Below the pieces are notes generated by a model. It had not been told where the DNA came from. It did not search any database and worked only from the letters and a program-made list of their open reading frames with translations. A DNA stretch of 64,000 nt from Azolla caroliniana. Its lineage: Eukaryota > Plantae > Polypodiophyta. Numbering within the stretch: position 1 is the first letter of the stretch; every line of letters starts with the position of its first letter. The translations under genes were made by a program, and so were the position numbers. Location: assembly GCA_043228905.1 (NCBI GenBank), contig JBHGNT010000001.1, positions 372,001-436,000 of the forward strand, read 5' to 3'. Below, in pieces: positions 61,004 to 64,000 of this stretch.

Positions 61004-62539
61004 TAGGTACACACCCTCCCACGAACCAGAAAAAAATTTGTATATGTTGTTGTAAGTATTATGTATTCAGTGTTCTCTTTCTCCCCTGAGGCAGAAGGTG
61101 TTAAGCAAGGTGAAAGTTTGTTGAATTAAAATTAGTACTGTGAACATATTGGTTTGAATATATATAAACTTCAATGAAAAAACATATATCATTAGCAAAG
61201 CACAATGCAATGCAATGCCTTTGTTCTTGTATGATTTGTAAAACGCTAAAAGAACTACATAGTAGAAGCCATATATTTGTACATACAAAAGCCATATTCA
61301 TGTGCAAAATTGGCGTTTTATACATTTATGAGAATGGCAAAAAGCTACGATGAACATTTTCTCAATGTATTTTAATTCCAAAATATTTTGGATATTCAGC
61401 ACGACAGAAATATTGACACACTTTCCTATTGGATTTTTCTTTCTCATTATTCTCAAGTAAACAATGCCTAGTTTAGGCTTCTCAAATAGCTTTTTGGATT
61501 GAAGTTTCTCATAAAAATAAATCAAGAGAGTGCTAAAAAATTAGAAAATAATCCATATTCTCTTGACCTCGCATGTAAAGGAGTTTTTTGTTTGTTTTCT
61601 GGATTTTGTGAAGGTGGCTAAGGATGTTTTGGGATCTAGGAATGGAGAGATTTTTGCAGATGTTCATAAAACGCAAAGTTTTTCTTGCTATCAGGAAACT
61701 ATATGGCAAGGGGTTCGGGTAATGAGTTTTCTATTCAAAGATTCTGCCAATGGTATCCTGTATTGCAATGGAGTTTCCATTTACATTCAGAATGCAATTA
61801 TGGTCATTATAAGATCTTTGTTATCCACCCATGTTAAATATTTGGCCTTCATGAAAAGAGCTACCTTTAAACGCACATGTTGATTGACGACACTCTGTAT
61901 CAGGGATTCTTATTCATAAGGTAATCCTACTATTTTTTTACCTTATGTTTTCTTGACATCCATTGAAAGTGTGTGTGGGAATGCAAACGGTTTGATGTGA
62001 GATTTCCTCGTCTTTGATCTAGAATTGTCTAATATTCAAGACTGTTGGTAGCTAGCTAGCTAGCTTCTATTGTTATGATGGACATATATATTGGTCTGTA
62101 ATGAATAAAGATGTTACACATTACCTTTTGTTGATCCATTCTATGTTGTGGAGGAAATTTGAATGTGTGGCAAGAAAATTTTAGCAAATGGTATTCATGT
62201 CTCAATCCTGTGGATATATAAATCTGGAAGGATATTCAGAACTCTGAGCTTTCTTCGGTGGTAGATGATTCTGGAAGGATGTGAAGGTTATTCCGAAATC
62301 GAGCGTTTTTTTCTGAAATTTGGAACATGTAAATGATTCCTCAGGATATTTGGATTCAAGTCGTTTGTATAAATAACTTCTGGGTGTTTGTGGAATGCCT
62401 TACAGGGGATATTCAGAACCAAGAGAAAAAACAAGGTGTGTAATAAATTGGACACGCCTACAGCAATCTATGTCTTTTCTTGAATGTCTGTGACCACCAG
62501 AAACTAAATAGAGAAATATAGCGCATTTGTATCTCTCAA

Positions 62540-62960
62540 ATCCCAAAAACTTGAATGAAATAAGTTACTTTTTGTATATCAATGGTCACTAAAGTTTAAA
62601 GCAAAATATGGTTTTTTGGTTATACCTTTGATCACCAAAGAGGAGGAAAATGTCTTTTTTTGTGATAACCAAACATTAGATGAAAATGTCTGGTTTTTAC
62701 AGGTTTGATAAAAAAACCTAGATGAAAATCCGCCTGGTTTGTATATTTTTTATCACCAAAACTAGATGAAAATATCCTGTTTGCATACCTCCAATAACTG
62801 AAAACAATAGGAAAGTTGTGTCATTTTTGTGAATCATTGATCACCAAAAACTAAAGTTAAGTAGTGGTTGTGTGTATATTTGGTTTAGATGAAAAGCTAT
62901 AATTTTATTTTTTGGAAAGAAGAAGAAGATATAGTTTTATATGTTTTGATCAATGAATAA
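62540..62960. repeat. Degenerate ~50-60-bp repeats (GATCACCAAA...AGATGAAAA), possible non-autonomous TE
   Basis: Recurrent motif seen by eye. Confidence 0.4.
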
Positions 62961-63230
62961 AGACTTTGCACCCAAAACTTGAGGTAATGGTACATCAATC
63001 TTTTGTCCTTCCCAAATTTCTTTTCTGATCCATGCATCCTTGGATGGAAATTGAGGGCATACATAAGTTGGAGTCTCCATGAACCTTGGTAAGCATAGGA
63101 GCTACAAGTGTAAACAATTGTAATTGTTCTTCATGATGATGTCCCCGTCTCACTGATAACATGTGTGATAACAATTTGACAATGTGAATAGTCATGTTAG
63201 TTTCCCATTTCTTAAGCATGGATTGTTATA

Positions 63231-63633
63231 CAATAATCTTCATTTGCTTATCTACCCGTAACATGTGCTAAGGTCTACTCTTAAGTAGATCTCTCTCACC
63301 CAGCTCTTCAGTGCCTCAACTTTACATTGTGGGAATTTTCTACCTCGCCTATCAGACATAAGACAATTCTTCATTTGCTTCTCTACTCGTAACATGTGCT
63401 AAGGTCTACTCTTAAGTATGTAGATCTCTCTCACCCAGCTTTTTAGTGCCTCAACTTTACATTGCGGGAATTTTCTACCTCGCCTATCACACATAAGACA
63501 ATTCTTTATTTGCGTCTCTACTCGTAACTTGTGCTAAGGTCTACTCTTAAGTAGATCTCTCTCACCCAGCTCTTCAATGCCTCAACTTTACATCGCGGGA
63601 ATTTTCTACCTCTCCTATCACACATAAGACAAT
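63231..63633. repeat. Three ~133-bp tandem repeats
   Basis: Units start at ~63231, 63364 and 63499 (GTAACATGTGCTAAGGTCTACTCTTAAG...). Confidence 0.92.
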
Positions 63634-64000
63634 GTGATGCACATAGTCTTTGGTGATCCTAAATAATTGGGGCTAGGTTTAAATCTATGGGTTGAAGGCC
63701 CATCTATTGAATGTAGTCGTGATGATTTTGTCGATTTGATGCATTGCACTAGACGTGTGTGCTGCGTGCAAATGTAGGTTTTAGACAATGCTTGAATGTT
63801 TGGATTTAGATAATTCTTTGAAAAGATCTATGGTTGGAGGACAGAATTGTTATAAAAGCTTGTACTACCCCCGCGGTTGCTATTATTTGTACCGGATTTG
63901 GATTGGGGGTCCTCAAAACTCTTTCACAATGGGACCGTCGCGTCTAGCTATATCATACGAACCAATAGAGAAATCTTTATGAAAGAAATTGAACGCGTCA

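Overview
Eukaryotic land-plant nuclear DNA. The TE families, AT-rich introns and GA/CT microsatellites suggest a fern or other seed-free plant, but that is inference. Bases 1-30,000 are a deeply nested retrotransposon pile: Ty1/Copia elements, Ty3/Gypsy elements, many solo LTRs and LINE fragments. Bases 30,000-64,000 hold three host genes: an 11-exon HD2/HDT (HD-tuin) gene with a U12 AT-AC intron, a convergent ACT-domain STY8/17/46-like Raf-like kinase, and a BTL/RING-H2 E3 ligase with an intronless CDS. They also hold one very young, intact Copia element (50822-56177; 620-bp LTRs differing at 2 sites). The most unusual signals: (i) a group of divergent TGTCG...GACA LTRs that share a U5 motif, have a tRNA-Trp primer site in the one copy that retains internal sequence, show 4-bp CpG-centred target duplications, and in two copies carry an antisense tRNA-like A/B-box cassette; (ii) a Gypsy element with an extra sense ORF (PMD-like domain plus coiled coil) after integrase; (iii) strong family-specific CpG-word enrichment and CCGG-hairpin tandem arrays in Copia LTRs. 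All coordinates were read by eye and may be off by a few bases where boundaries are degenerate.
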